This document shows, in pieces, positions 55,549 through 64,000 of a DNA stretch of 64,000 nt. A model generated the notes under the pieces. It searched no databases and was not told the origin of the DNA. It saw only the letters and a program-made list of their open reading frames with translations. Position numbers and translations under genes: made by a program. This DNA is from an uncultured Candidatus Saccharibacteria bacterium (lineage in GTDB: Bacteria > Patescibacteriota > Minisyncoccia > Phycocordibacterales > UBA1006), in NCBI GenBank assembly GCA_964601935.1, contig CAZROP010000001.1, positions 185,867 to 249,866 on the forward strand. Direction: 5' to 3'. Position 1 is the first letter of the stretch. Each line of letters starts with the position of its first letter.

Positions 55549-56403
55549 TTATATAGATACAACCAACTGCTCAGGCTTTGGCAGTTGAGCGATCAGCTGC
55601 TGCACTGTTGCTTCCATTGGTCCATCATTCATGACCGTGGTCATATCAACAGTTTTTACGAGAGGGTGTATTTCTCTAGAGCCATCGAGTTGATCACGCC
55701 GGGTCAGCTTTAGATGGAGTTCGTTATACTCATCTGGTTTGTTTTCCCAGTCAGGAAGTATTCGCATGATCCTTATGTGTAAGCTACATGTAAGAAAAAA
55801 CTTTGCATAGGCGTTAGGAAACAATGCAGATCCGATATGACGACCTTCCACAACCAATACTTTATTGCCGTACACGAACACCTGTTCAATACAGGCTTGT
55901 AGTAGTATCAAGTCTGCGAGGAGTCTTACCTCCAGATCCTGTGCATACTCCGCGACACTGTTTGTCACGAATTTGCTCTGTAGTTCTGCTTCATGTTGCC
56001 CTAACTCTTTGGGGCTCGGGTAGTATATATCGTCTGTAGCCACTCCTCTGAGCCTGTGTAGTGTAATCCACCGGAAATAGTCCCCGGTAGACAGTGCGAC
56101 CCCGCCCAGTTGTCGAGCTGCTTCGGTGCTGACGGCACCTTTACCGCTTTTCCCTGGGCCGTCCAAGGTAATAATCTGGACACCCATAAGTTGCAGTAAG
56201 TGGGCTGTTACCAAACCCGCAAAATCAGCTAGCTGAGGTTTATCGGGGCACTCGAAATCTTCTGGGAACCCCTCGTTTCTTTTTTGGTTAAAAATCGCAA
56301 GATCTCCCCATACATGTTGGAGCAGTAGTAACTGCTGCTCACAAACTTGTTTGGGACCATTAATCCACGCCCATATAGGTGTTGTTTTTTGCATGATTCG
56401 CAA
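55549..56403 (-). CDS. cmk: cytidylate kinase with an ~85-aa N-terminal extension
   Basis: ITLDGPGKSGKGAVSTEAARQLGGVALSTGDYFR and C-terminal RRDQLDGSREIHPL. Confidence 0.75.
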   Translation of the reverse strand: MRIMQKTTPIWAWINGPKQVCEQQLLLLQHVWGDLAIFNQKRNEGFPEDFECPDKPQLADFAGLVTAHLLQLMGVQIITLDGPGKSGKGAVSTEAARQLGGVALSTGDYFRWITLHRLRGVATDDIYYPSPKELGQHEAELQSKFVTNSVAEYAQDLEVRLLADLILLQACIEQVFVYGNKVLVVEGRHIGSALFPNAYAKFFLTCSLHIRIMRILPDWENKPDEYNELHLKLTRRDQLDGSREIHPLVKTVDMTTVMNDGPMEATVQQLIAQLPKPEQLVVSI

Positions 56404-56568
56404 AAATTAAATGAAAAAATATTGTTCTAATACTAAAATCCCATTCTAGTGTGTTGTGGCGCAAAGTCAATCTTATGGATGTCGGGCAGATGGGTGTTAA
56501 TGCGGTCAGGGTTATTTGCGTTTGGGGCTGGTTTCGGTATACTAGAATCTGTAGGTAATTAGTCTATT

Positions 56569-56639
56569 GCGGTCATAGTTTATTGGTAAAACACGTCCTT
56601 GCCAAGGATGAGAGCGGAGTTCGATTCTCCGTGGCCGCA
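56569..56639 (+). tRNA. tRNA-Gly (anticodon GCC)
   Basis: Acceptor gcggtca/tggccgc, D stem gttt/aaac, anticodon stem cgtcc/ggatg with loop ttGCCaa, T arm cggag-ttcgatt-ctccg. A terminator hairpin follows at 56646-56685. Confidence 0.9.
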
Positions 56640-56796
56640 CAAATAACAAGAAAAAACGCGACCTCAGAAGCGTTTTTTCTTGTATATTTTGCGGAAACCA
56701 CCACGGAGAATTGAACCGGGGTCGCGAAATACTCTGCGAATATGGGCGTAAGCGAATACCGAGTATAGATATTTTGTTGGCCGCACACTGGTTCTG

Positions 56797-56836
56797 TTCC
56801 CTCCCCTCGCAAAGGGGAGAGTTAGGGTGGGGTTTG
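56797..56836. repeat. left terminal inverted repeat of the DUF559 cassette
   Basis: ttccctcccctcgcaaaggggagagttagggtggggtttg. Its reverse complement matches 57236-57275 at ~33 of 40 positions. It contains the internal hairpin ctcccct/aggggag. Confidence 0.75.
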
Positions 56837-56876
56837 ATTACTCACGAGCATTATATTAGAGTAGCAAGTATATTGT

Positions 56877-57302
56877 ATGGCTATTTTTACGAAACAGAAC
56901 TCTGCCTATTTGGAAAAACGCAGGCACTTGCGAATCAATATGACTCCAGAAGAGCGTACACTTTGGTACTATCTAAAGCATCAGCAAACAGGATATAAAT
57001 GGCGCAGGCAATACAGTGTTGATAATTATATTGTTGACTTTGCTTGTATACAGCAACGTCTAATTATAGAGATTGACGGCGGGGATCATTTGATGAAGCA
57101 AGAATACGATGCAGTCCGCCAAGAGTATATTCAATCTTTAGGGTGGTGTGTACTCAGGTTTGGAAACAATGAAGTGCGAGAACAACTAGAAAGTGTTGTT
57201 AGTAGGATATACGAGTTATTGTATCAACTGTACGACCAAACCCCACCTCAATCCTCCCCTTTGCTAGGGGAGGAACCCCGAACACCGAAACCAGAAATAT
57301 AG
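56877..57302 (+). CDS. DUF559 (Vsr-like / PD-(D/E)xK) endonuclease-domain protein
   Basis: 141 aa with MTPEERTLWYYLK...YKWRRQYSVDNYIVDFACIQQRLIIEIDGGDH...GWCVLRFGNNEV. Confidence 0.85.
   Translation: MAIFTKQNSAYLEKRRHLRINMTPEERTLWYYLKHQQTGYKWRRQYSVDNYIVDFACIQQRLIIEIDGGDHLMKQEYDAVRQEYIQSLGWCVLRFGNNEVREQLESVVSRIYELLYQLYDQTPPQSSPLLGEEPRTPKPEI
57236..57275. repeat. right terminal inverted repeat of the DUF559 cassette (inside the ORF 3' end)
   Basis: ccaaaccccacctcaatcctcccctttgctaggggaggaa. Confidence 0.75.
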
Positions 57303-57395
57303 TTTTTGCATACGTGGTGATGGACAATAAACAACCTTTGTGGCAGTATGGACATAAAATTCTGAAACCAATTTTTTAAAATAAAAGCAGAGGCT

Positions 57396-57944
57396 ATGCG
57401 TCATTATGAGGATTACTTAATCATCGGGAGCCTTTTAGTTATTCTCCTATTGATTATCAGATGTTTAAAGCGTCGTCATGCGCGCTTGGCTGATCTTGTG
57501 CGGGTTTACCAGCAGGATAATGGTAGGGGAAATCAGATCGCCGCAGGCACGGAGCTATTCAACGGATACCAGGTTCTTCGTGAAATGGATGGACAATTGG
57601 TTATGCAGTATACTGATCCATCCTCGGGCAAAATCACAGTACTGATCCGGTGTTATCAGCTTTGGCAGCTGACATCTGGTCGGAACGAGATCCTGGTTGT
57701 CGGCTACGATCTAGAGGGGTGCATCGTGGATGTTTTACAGGTACAGGCTCGAGAAGATGATTTTGGCGAAATCGCCCTGGTTTCTATAGACTTCTCGACG
57801 AAAGAACCAATCGACTATATTTATATACTCGATGGCGGGGGTTTGTGCGTTTGCGAGAAAGGTAGTGAAGAACAGGTGCTGTGGCCAGAAGGTCGGATAC
57901 AGGATGCTTTTGGCGAGCACCAGTTGAGAATGTCGGAAGGGTAG
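57396..57944 (+). CDS. membrane-anchored hypothetical protein
   Basis: 182 aa with an N-terminal TM (YLIIGSLLVILLLII). A terminator hairpin follows at 57961-57996. Confidence 0.5.
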   Translation: MRHYEDYLIIGSLLVILLLIIRCLKRRHARLADLVRVYQQDNGRGNQIAAGTELFNGYQVLREMDGQLVMQYTDPSSGKITVLIRCYQLWQLTSGRNEILVVGYDLEGCIVDVLQVQAREDDFGEIALVSIDFSTKEPIDYIYILDGGGLCVCEKGSEEQVLWPEGRIQDAFGEHQLRMSEG

Positions 57945-58235
57945 AATCCTACCAATTGCAACACCTTGTGAGCTTTATTGTAAGCTCACAAGGTGTTTTG
58001 TCTACATTGTTCCAATGGTATCTAGTGCCACGTGAAACGGAGGGATAGTGAGGAGGGTTCGGGTAGGGTGAATGGGTAATTGGGCAGAAATGTACACTTG
58101 ACATATATACACTCAAATGCGATAATATTTGGTAATTTGTACGGATCGTTTCTATCTGTAGGACAGTCCAAACAAGGCTTGAAAATATTTCCAAAACCGT
58201 ATCAGGTGATGAGCCTGGTCACAATACTGATCGCC

Positions 58236-58955
58236 ATGAACGCGAAAAAAATCATTCTTATCGCTGGAATTTGTATTTTCGCAGTAGCTGCAACCCTGTT
58301 GGCTACCAATATCGCCCCGAACAGTTTCCTGGGCGACATCCGCGAGGATGTCTTTGGTAAGCGAACAGGACTGTTCGCTGCCACTACAGCGCCCAACACG
58401 GGCCCTCAAAGCTTTTTGGAAGCAGAGCAGACTCGGTATATTACAGAGCGCGCTGCCCTCGGCGATCACACGGTTACCGTTGGCGACAATTCCATCGGGA
58501 ATGCGGCTACTACCACCCGCGATCCCGAGGTTGTGGAGGTTGAAGGGGATGCCGCGGCAGACCCCAGGGATCGGCGACCCGAGGAGGCAAGAGAATTAAC
58601 CGACGCCGATTTGGCAGCAGGAGTGGGTGACCGCACCCATGAAGGGGAGAAAATGCTGGAAGATATGACGGTAGGAACTAAGATTACCCGGATCTCCGAT
58701 GGTAAAAGCCTAAAGGTTGTTGGCCTGAGCGCTAATGGCCGGGTCGTGGAAGTGACATTCCGAGATGGGTACGGCGGGGAGCCTGTATTCCAGCTGACTC
58801 TTAAGGGCACTGTCTATACTGGCCCTGGCTTGTCCGACAAGGGGATGACGGATATCAACCTCTCCGAGACAGAAGAGGGTGTGCTCATCCTGTCGTGGAC
58901 GAATAGTCTGGGTGGAGACTCGGAGGTTCGGTTCCCGCTCGCCGACGTTCGCTGA
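58236..58955 (+). CDS. membrane-anchored hypothetical protein
   Basis: It has an MNAKKIILIAGICIFAVAATLLA anchor, and the ORF is open from 58080. By eye it is more GC-rich than its surroundings. Confidence 0.5.
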   Translation: MNAKKIILIAGICIFAVAATLLATNIAPNSFLGDIREDVFGKRTGLFAATTAPNTGPQSFLEAEQTRYITERAALGDHTVTVGDNSIGNAATTTRDPEVVEVEGDAAADPRDRRPEEARELTDADLAAGVGDRTHEGEKMLEDMTVGTKITRISDGKSLKVVGLSANGRVVEVTFRDGYGGEPVFQLTLKGTVYTGPGLSDKGMTDINLSETEEGVLILSWTNSLGGDSEVRFPLADVR

Positions 58956-59258
58956 AAGAGTATCAAGAGTTTTCTCAAAAACGCATTAGTAATTGTACAC
59001 GAGCAGTATACATCACCCTCTGGGGTTGGTGGCACTACGTTCTGTATCAATTGCTGATGCGTTTTTACTTTTTCTTCGTCTTACCAGCCTTCGAATTGGG
59101 ATGTGTAAAGGAGAGGGCGGGTACCCCCTTGACAATCGTCGAATAATCTGTAGCTTGGTGATTAGTATCAATCTGGGTTAATGCTCAGAAAGAACATAAA
59201 ATAAACTATTTTTTTCACTGCTGGCGCATATACACGCTGGCTAAAATATGACAAAGCC

Positions 59259-60419
59259 ATGAGGGCATTTCTCTATTCATTATTTTTGTTGTTTGCTACT
59301 ACTCTGACAACAACAAGTACGAACGCACAGACGACCGCTACTACAATTTTTGAATCTTTGACTGCGCAAGGGCTGGACCAGCTCACTGAATATCGCAAGG
59401 GGTTAAATCCTCGTATCTGGCTCTTGCAGAAAGGTGGCATCGAGAAGACCAAAGAAGTCTCCGAAGGTGGAAACTTTACTGCAACCTATCTTTACCTGGG
59501 AGAAAAAAAGAAATTCACTGGCACATGGCTTTGGGGAGTGAAAGCGAACGGACGCGAAGTTGCCGCAAGCCTGAACCCGGAAGCCTACACTGCAACAAAA
59601 AGTAGCACTGGGTTTATGCCGGTCAAGAAACCGAAAGCTGCAACTCCGTCTAAAGAGGACAACCTGAGCCCTCTCGAAACTGAGATAGACGTTCAGGCTG
59701 CACTGTTTACAGCAGCGCTCTCTATTACTGCGCTGAGCGAACAGAATGCGGATCAGCAACTCCGGATTGAGGACTTGGAAGAAGAAAATCGGGGGCAGGC
59801 GGAAGATATCTTATTCCTGGAGACCTTGCTACTCGATCATGACAGCTTGATCTATTTGTTGCTACGGCAGCAGGCTCAGGCTGCCCAAGGAAAAACTTCA
59901 GCCCAGCCTAAAACTTTCTGTTCCAGGGCTCCTCGCAGCGGTTTCATTGGAGCACAGTATAGCCAAGGGATGGTTAAAGGAATGGAGGGGCTGGGTCTGG
60001 CTGAAAGCGCTGACTTTGAGACCTATGGAATCAATGTAGGTGGGGCATTTCCAATCCAAGGACGCGTGTCGGTATCGGCAGGTCTCAGTGGTACTGTAGG
60101 GAAAATGGTTCCTCGGGGCGCTGAACTCCAGCCGGGTGAAAAACTTACAGCACAAGTAATAGGCGCAACGCTGGGATTCAACTATGAAGTCGCAGGCAGG
60201 CTGTATGTAGGTGCAGGGGGAGAGGTCAGGATCGCTCACTGGAAGTATCAGTACTCTGATTTCAATGCTCTCAATCTCACAGGAAGTGTAGTGTCAGTTG
60301 CACCATATGCCCAACTGGGCTACTGGGGTCGAGGATTTGGTATCTGGGGTCGCTACGACAGTGACAAAACACTGAGCGCAGGGATCGCTTACCATGTCCC
60401 GTACAAAATAAAAAATTAA
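59259..60419 (+). CDS. secreted protein with a coiled-coil middle and a C-terminal beta-barrel-like (OMP-like) domain
   Basis: 386 aa with the signal MRAFLYSLFLLFATTLTTTSTNA-Q. The C-terminal ~170 aa is Gly/aromatic-rich with alternating strands (GATLGFNYEVAGRLYVGAGGEVRIAHWKY...LSAGIAYHVPYKIKN). Confidence 0.5.
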   Translation: MRAFLYSLFLLFATTLTTTSTNAQTTATTIFESLTAQGLDQLTEYRKGLNPRIWLLQKGGIEKTKEVSEGGNFTATYLYLGEKKKFTGTWLWGVKANGREVAASLNPEAYTATKSSTGFMPVKKPKAATPSKEDNLSPLETEIDVQAALFTAALSITALSEQNADQQLRIEDLEEENRGQAEDILFLETLLLDHDSLIYLLLRQQAQAAQGKTSAQPKTFCSRAPRSGFIGAQYSQGMVKGMEGLGLAESADFETYGINVGGAFPIQGRVSVSAGLSGTVGKMVPRGAELQPGEKLTAQVIGATLGFNYEVAGRLYVGAGGEVRIAHWKYQYSDFNALNLTGSVVSVAPYAQLGYWGRGFGIWGRYDSDKTLSAGIAYHVPYKIKN

Positions 60420-60451
60420 GGCAAAAGGATAGTCCTATTGCTACAATTCAT

Positions 60452-60509
60452 AAACGCGTTGGCGAGATCAGGTGTGCAGTTGCATGCAGGATCATTCGCC
60501 AACGCGTTT
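60452..60509 (+). terminator. long hairpin terminator after the 386-aa gene
   Basis: aaacgcgttggcga (60452-65) pairs with tcgccaacgcgttt (60496-509), followed by ttttt. Confidence 0.75.
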
Positions 60510-60603
60510 TTTTATTCTTCCTATTTATGATTTCAATAGTACGCGCGAGCAGTCATAATAATTCATTTTTCTTCCTCAGGTTATATGATATACTCGTGTT
60601 TCT

Positions 60604-61119
60604 ATGTCACTACTCCACAAATATTTACCCGAGGTGGTCTACGGATCCATTGATGGAACGGTAACTACATTCGCTATTATTGCGGGCGCTGCGGGCGCGG
60701 GATTCCCACCAGCGGTGATGTTGGTGTTGGGGGTATCCAACGTTCTGGCGGACGCATGGTCTATGGCGTCATCCAATTATCTATCCGCCAAATCAGAATC
60801 TCAGCGTGATGGCGATGATCATTCGCATCATAACGCGCTGTCATCTGCTGCGGCAACATTCGCATCATTCGTCCTGGTAGGATGTATTCCGCTGCTATCA
60901 TATATTGCATCATTCGCGTTCGGTATCGGGCAGGGGCATGAATTCGTATCATCAATCATACTTACGGGTGCTGCATTCATATTCATTGGTACTATGCGTG
61001 GTCGTGTTGCAGGCGTGTCAGTGGTGCGCGCTGCTGTGGAGACATTAGTGATTGGTGCAGTTGCCGCCAGTGTTGCCTATTTCGTAGGATCATGGATAGA
61101 AGTGCTGATACGCGGATAG
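60604..61119 (+). CDS. VIT1/CCC1-family iron/manganese transporter (short form)
   Basis: 171 aa with VYGSIDGTVTTFAIIAGAAGAG and NVLADAWSMASSNYLSAKSE. Confidence 0.75.
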   Translation: MSLLHKYLPEVVYGSIDGTVTTFAIIAGAAGAGFPPAVMLVLGVSNVLADAWSMASSNYLSAKSESQRDGDDHSHHNALSSAAATFASFVLVGCIPLLSYIASFAFGIGQGHEFVSSIILTGAAFIFIGTMRGRVAGVSVVRAAVETLVIGAVAASVAYFVGSWIEVLIRG

Positions 61120-61150
61120 TCTCTCTGCAATAAACTGTACATCACAAAAA

Positions 61151-61182
61151 ACAGCCTCGTCGAGAACTCTCGACGAGGCTGT
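61151..61182. terminator. bidirectional terminator between the VIT1 gene and the 742-aa gene
   Basis: acagcctcgtcgag / aact / ctcgacgaggctgt forms a perfect 14-bp stem. Confidence 0.8.
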
Positions 61183-61209
61183 TGTATAATAGGGTTCTTC
61201 CTTTGTAGA

Positions 61210-63438
61210 CTATTGGCGGACCTTGGTCTTATCGTTAGAACTCCTGCCTATTTCATGGATCCAATTGAGCATCCGTTGGCGGCGTGTGAGAGGTGCTTCT
61301 GCTAGTGTGTCAGGATTCTGGATCCGTTCTTGGATCCGTCGTTTCAGTGTTGTTAATGCAGCATTGTAGTCTTCTCCCTCATTCAACATTCGGAAGAATT
61401 CGATAAAATCATTCGGTTGTGCGTACTGAATGCCGTAACGGTCTCCTGCATCACGCTCGCTGTCCGTCGAGTTCTCCTGGGTCTGCTCTTTTATATTCTC
61501 GTAACCTCGGTTGGTTAGAATAGGTGCTAGTTCTTGTAGCACGAGCACTGACCACAGTTTTCTGTCAGAGAATGTCCGGTGCCAGGTTGTAATAGATAGA
61601 ACATAATTCAGCAGAGCACCCAAGAGCGCTTCTAATTGTTCAGCGGCCTTTGCTCTTGTCCAAAAGGAATTGTTGCAGGTAGTTGCAGGTAGGACCGTGA
61701 TACTCCTACTAGCTTCCAACTTTTCCGCAATATACTCCTCAATTCGGAATACCCACTGCTCGTGTTCCCAGAACCGATACTCTTTGAGCAACAGTATGAG
61801 CGTAGAGAGACTGGTAATTATAGAAATGATTCCTATCGTCATGCAGAAGTACATATACCAGGCAGGAACTTCTGTGTCAGACAGAACCCTCATCGCATAC
61901 TGAGTCACTAGGATGCTTCCAATGAATCCAATAAACACTATTCTTCTTACTTCATATACAAAATAGCGTCTTCCCATTCGGTGACTTTTGATCATAATCT
62001 GAGTAACCCATAATGTGGCGGCAGCCAGAATGATAATGATTGTTCCACTGGGAGACAGTATAAATCCGTGGACCAGTGCTATCGCCATGGTTGCTGCACA
62101 GGGAATGAATATGGTGACCAGTGCAATCATCGGGTCCTTCTTCCAGTTCACTAGTTTGTCTACACCCCGTGCTAGCATATAGGCAATGATTGTAGCAATG
62201 GTGAAGCTGATAACCCCAGGGATGCCAACGTCCATAGTCAGAACCAGACCTGTCCATACTGCAGGTGCTCCTACCAGCACCACTGTCAGGAGCATGATGC
62301 CGAGTACTGCGAAAGTGGCGCTAGCTAGGGCCCAGGCATGCGCCTTGGCCACTGTCCGTGCTGCTTTGCGTTCCTCATGCAGGTTGTAGTTCAATTCTGC
62401 AACTTCTATTAAGCAGGCTGCTGCACTTTCTGCTACAATTTCCCCGATATCATTTCTATTGAGCAATAGTTCTACCCACGCCGATAAATCAGCGCACTCT
62501 ATATACTGCAGTGTGTGAGAGCACTCATGCGAACTCAAAGCTGTCGCGATCTCCTCCAGTTTCTGGATTTCCTCGGTCGTGATAGTAGGCGCATACTTCT
62601 TCGTCAGGACTAATGCCCAATGGTTCCGTCCTTGGAAACGTTCATCGCAAGTTGCTATTCGGTAGAGGACTTGTGCAAGTTGCTTTACCGTTTCAACAGG
62701 TACGGTGCTCATCCTGTTCGTGTTCAGCCTGATTCTGTAGTGCGGCATAGTTAATGCCTCTGCCAGTTCGTACTTCATCTTGAGCATCCTTCGCCCTGGG
62801 AAAAACCCATGCTGGTTCAGCAGTCTTGTGGTTGCCCAGAGCGATGCTGCGCCAGCGAGATGCGCTAGGATTAGAATCCATATACCTATGCCACTCCCCT
62901 GGATACTACTGATCAATATAGCACCTGCAGATATCATGAGCATTAACATAGTGCATGCTACTATAAACCAATAGTAGTATTCCCCCAATCCGTAACGTTG
63001 TTTGCCATAGCGATGGATCGCTATGGCTGCAACGTAGGTCGCGATACCCATACCTGTTACAATCAGTCCTGCTCCAATCCAGGGCATAGTGTGCATCATG
63101 AACGTCAAGTCATGCATCCAGCCAGACTGGTAGGTATTCAGTAACGGTAGTACTATCCAGTGCCAGAGCAGGCTCAGGGCTGCGGTTACGTAGATCAGTT
63201 CTTGTACGTCCGTGACCCAGAATGGATCTTGGAATTTTACTTTGCGCTTCAGTCCGGCATAGCCGATACTGGCAATTGTTGCAGTAGTAATCGCAGCAGA
63301 TGCTGCGGACAGTCCTAATAGTCCCCATAGGAAAACTCCTATGATTGTCGCAATAATACCTGCGACAATTGCCAGTGCGATTGCAAACGCGCTGGCTGGA
63401 CTAGGACTGTCAATCATGGAGTCCATCAACTTCTTCAT
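61210..63438 (-). CDS. large polytopic membrane protein built from an internal duplication (TM bundle plus soluble domain, twice)
   Basis: 742-aa ORF. RNHWALVLTKKYAPTIT (aa ~271-287) matches RKLWSVLVLQELAPILT (aa ~626-642). QYIECADLSAWVELLLNRND matches QYAQPNDFIEFFRMLNEGED. Confidence 0.6.
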   Translation of the reverse strand: MKKLMDSMIDSPSPASAFAIALAIVAGIIATIIGVFLWGLLGLSAASAAITTATIASIGYAGLKRKVKFQDPFWVTDVQELIYVTAALSLLWHWIVLPLLNTYQSGWMHDLTFMMHTMPWIGAGLIVTGMGIATYVAAIAIHRYGKQRYGLGEYYYWFIVACTMLMLMISAGAILISSIQGSGIGIWILILAHLAGAASLWATTRLLNQHGFFPGRRMLKMKYELAEALTMPHYRIRLNTNRMSTVPVETVKQLAQVLYRIATCDERFQGRNHWALVLTKKYAPTITTEEIQKLEEIATALSSHECSHTLQYIECADLSAWVELLLNRNDIGEIVAESAAACLIEVAELNYNLHEERKAARTVAKAHAWALASATFAVLGIMLLTVVLVGAPAVWTGLVLTMDVGIPGVISFTIATIIAYMLARGVDKLVNWKKDPMIALVTIFIPCAATMAIALVHGFILSPSGTIIIILAAATLWVTQIMIKSHRMGRRYFVYEVRRIVFIGFIGSILVTQYAMRVLSDTEVPAWYMYFCMTIGIISIITSLSTLILLLKEYRFWEHEQWVFRIEEYIAEKLEASRSITVLPATTCNNSFWTRAKAAEQLEALLGALLNYVLSITTWHRTFSDRKLWSVLVLQELAPILTNRGYENIKEQTQENSTDSERDAGDRYGIQYAQPNDFIEFFRMLNEGEDYNAALTTLKRRIQERIQNPDTLAEAPLTRRQRMLNWIHEIGRSSNDKTKVRQ

Positions 63439-63582
63439 TACTCGTATATTTTTTATGTGTAAAAGATGAATTTAAATTTCCCTCAAACTACCACGTATGA
63501 ATATCCCGGTCAAGAAAAAACCTCCCAAAACACACACGTGTGTTCCAGGAGGCTTGTACAAAACATACTATGAAAACTAGTC

Positions 63583-63918
63583 TTAATTGCGCAGATACAG
63601 CTTTCTTGCTCCTACGAGCAGTAATACTGCTGCAACCAATCCAGATAATACCCAGATCCTCACCCCTGTGTCTACGGGATAAAAGGCATGGAAGGTTTCA
63701 ATCATGGAATAGATCAGGAGCATTATTGCTATGATCACAATACGCTCTTTGCGATCCGTTGGCGCGACCCGTTCAGCAGTTATTGCCGCGCCTATATAGG
63801 TGGCAGCTCCTCCAGCGGCAAAGGCATCGATACTAGAATAACCTAACCACAAGACAGTTGTAATACCACCTCTCCCGACAGTACAGGCACCACATACCAG
63901 AACGTGCTTCGCATCCAT
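63583..63918 (-). CDS. small integral membrane protein
   Basis: 111 aa with 3-4 hydrophobic spans. Confidence 0.45.
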   Translation of the reverse strand: MDAKHVLVCGACTVGRGGITTVLWLGYSSIDAFAAGGAATYIGAAITAERVAPTDRKERIVIIAIMLLIYSMIETFHAFYPVDTGVRIWVLSGLVAAVLLLVGARKLYLRN

Positions 63919-64000
63919 TCTGTTTTGCTCTGTCGCTTGAGTAATTGGTCATGTCGTGTCTGTGCTTGCTTCAGGATCTCCTTTACAGGAAGCATGACTT

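Noticed and set aside
56691-56790. Possible second tRNA or tRNA-like gene next to tRNA-Gly (ggagaattgaaccgggg, and a ...ttggccgcac end).
   Set aside because: I could not form a T-arm on either strand (cccgg/ctccg gives only 3 of 5 pairs) or a matching acceptor stem. It is treated only as a possible integration scar.
56573-56812. 79-aa minus-strand ORF, with similar cases at 3444..3740 and 13234..13425.
   Set aside because: They overlap tRNA genes (Gly, Lys, Leu) and their terminators, so they are spurious.

Overview
This 64-kb window looks like a small-genome, Patescibacteria/CPR-type bacterium. That placement is inferred from gene content: tandem type IV pilin-like genes, a stand-alone ComEC metallo-beta-lactamase domain, scattered ribosomal-protein genes and many large lineage-specific membrane ORFans. 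The standard genetic code fits, since ORFs of 1047, 904, 749 and 742 aa are uninterrupted.

There are about 60 protein genes, almost all on the minus strand up to ~39 kb and mixed after that. There are 5 tRNAs: Lys-UUU, His-GUG, Leu-GAG, Ser-GGA and Gly-GCC. No rRNA, CRISPR array, reverse transcriptase or transposase was seen.

Recognisable housekeeping genes:
- Ribosome and translation: rplL, rplJ, rplK, rplS, rpsO, proS, cca, and a SpoU methyltransferase.
- Replication, repair and RNA turnover: dnaN, ruvA, xerC/D, exonuclease III, a UDG-family glycosylase, pnp.
- Other: nusG, secE, cmk, Fe/Mn SOD, YifB/ComM, an FMN reductase, VanY-like and VanX-like D-Ala-D-Ala hydrolases, a VIT1 transporter, MFS transporters, an RRM RNA-binding protein.

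Observations most worth a second look:
1. A 1.8-kb ORF-poor island (47.3-49.1 kb) is packed with promoter-hairpin-terminator modules, suggesting an array of small RNA genes.
2. Three tandem pilin paralogs sit between rpsO and pnp. They include a 287-bp perfect repeat and a conserved upstream palindrome.
3. A DUF559 endonuclease gene is flanked by ~40-bp inverted repeats. A solo copy of the same repeat lies inside an in-frame 40-codon insertion in the exonuclease III gene.
4. Two loci pair a giant two-anchor membrane protein with a small helical partner protein.
5. Several beta-barrel/OMP-like and lipoprotein-like secreted proteins are unexpected if the organism is monoderm.
6. Short duplications of tRNA 3' ends (Ser, Gly) look like integration scars.

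All functional calls rest on motifs read by eye; no database search was run.
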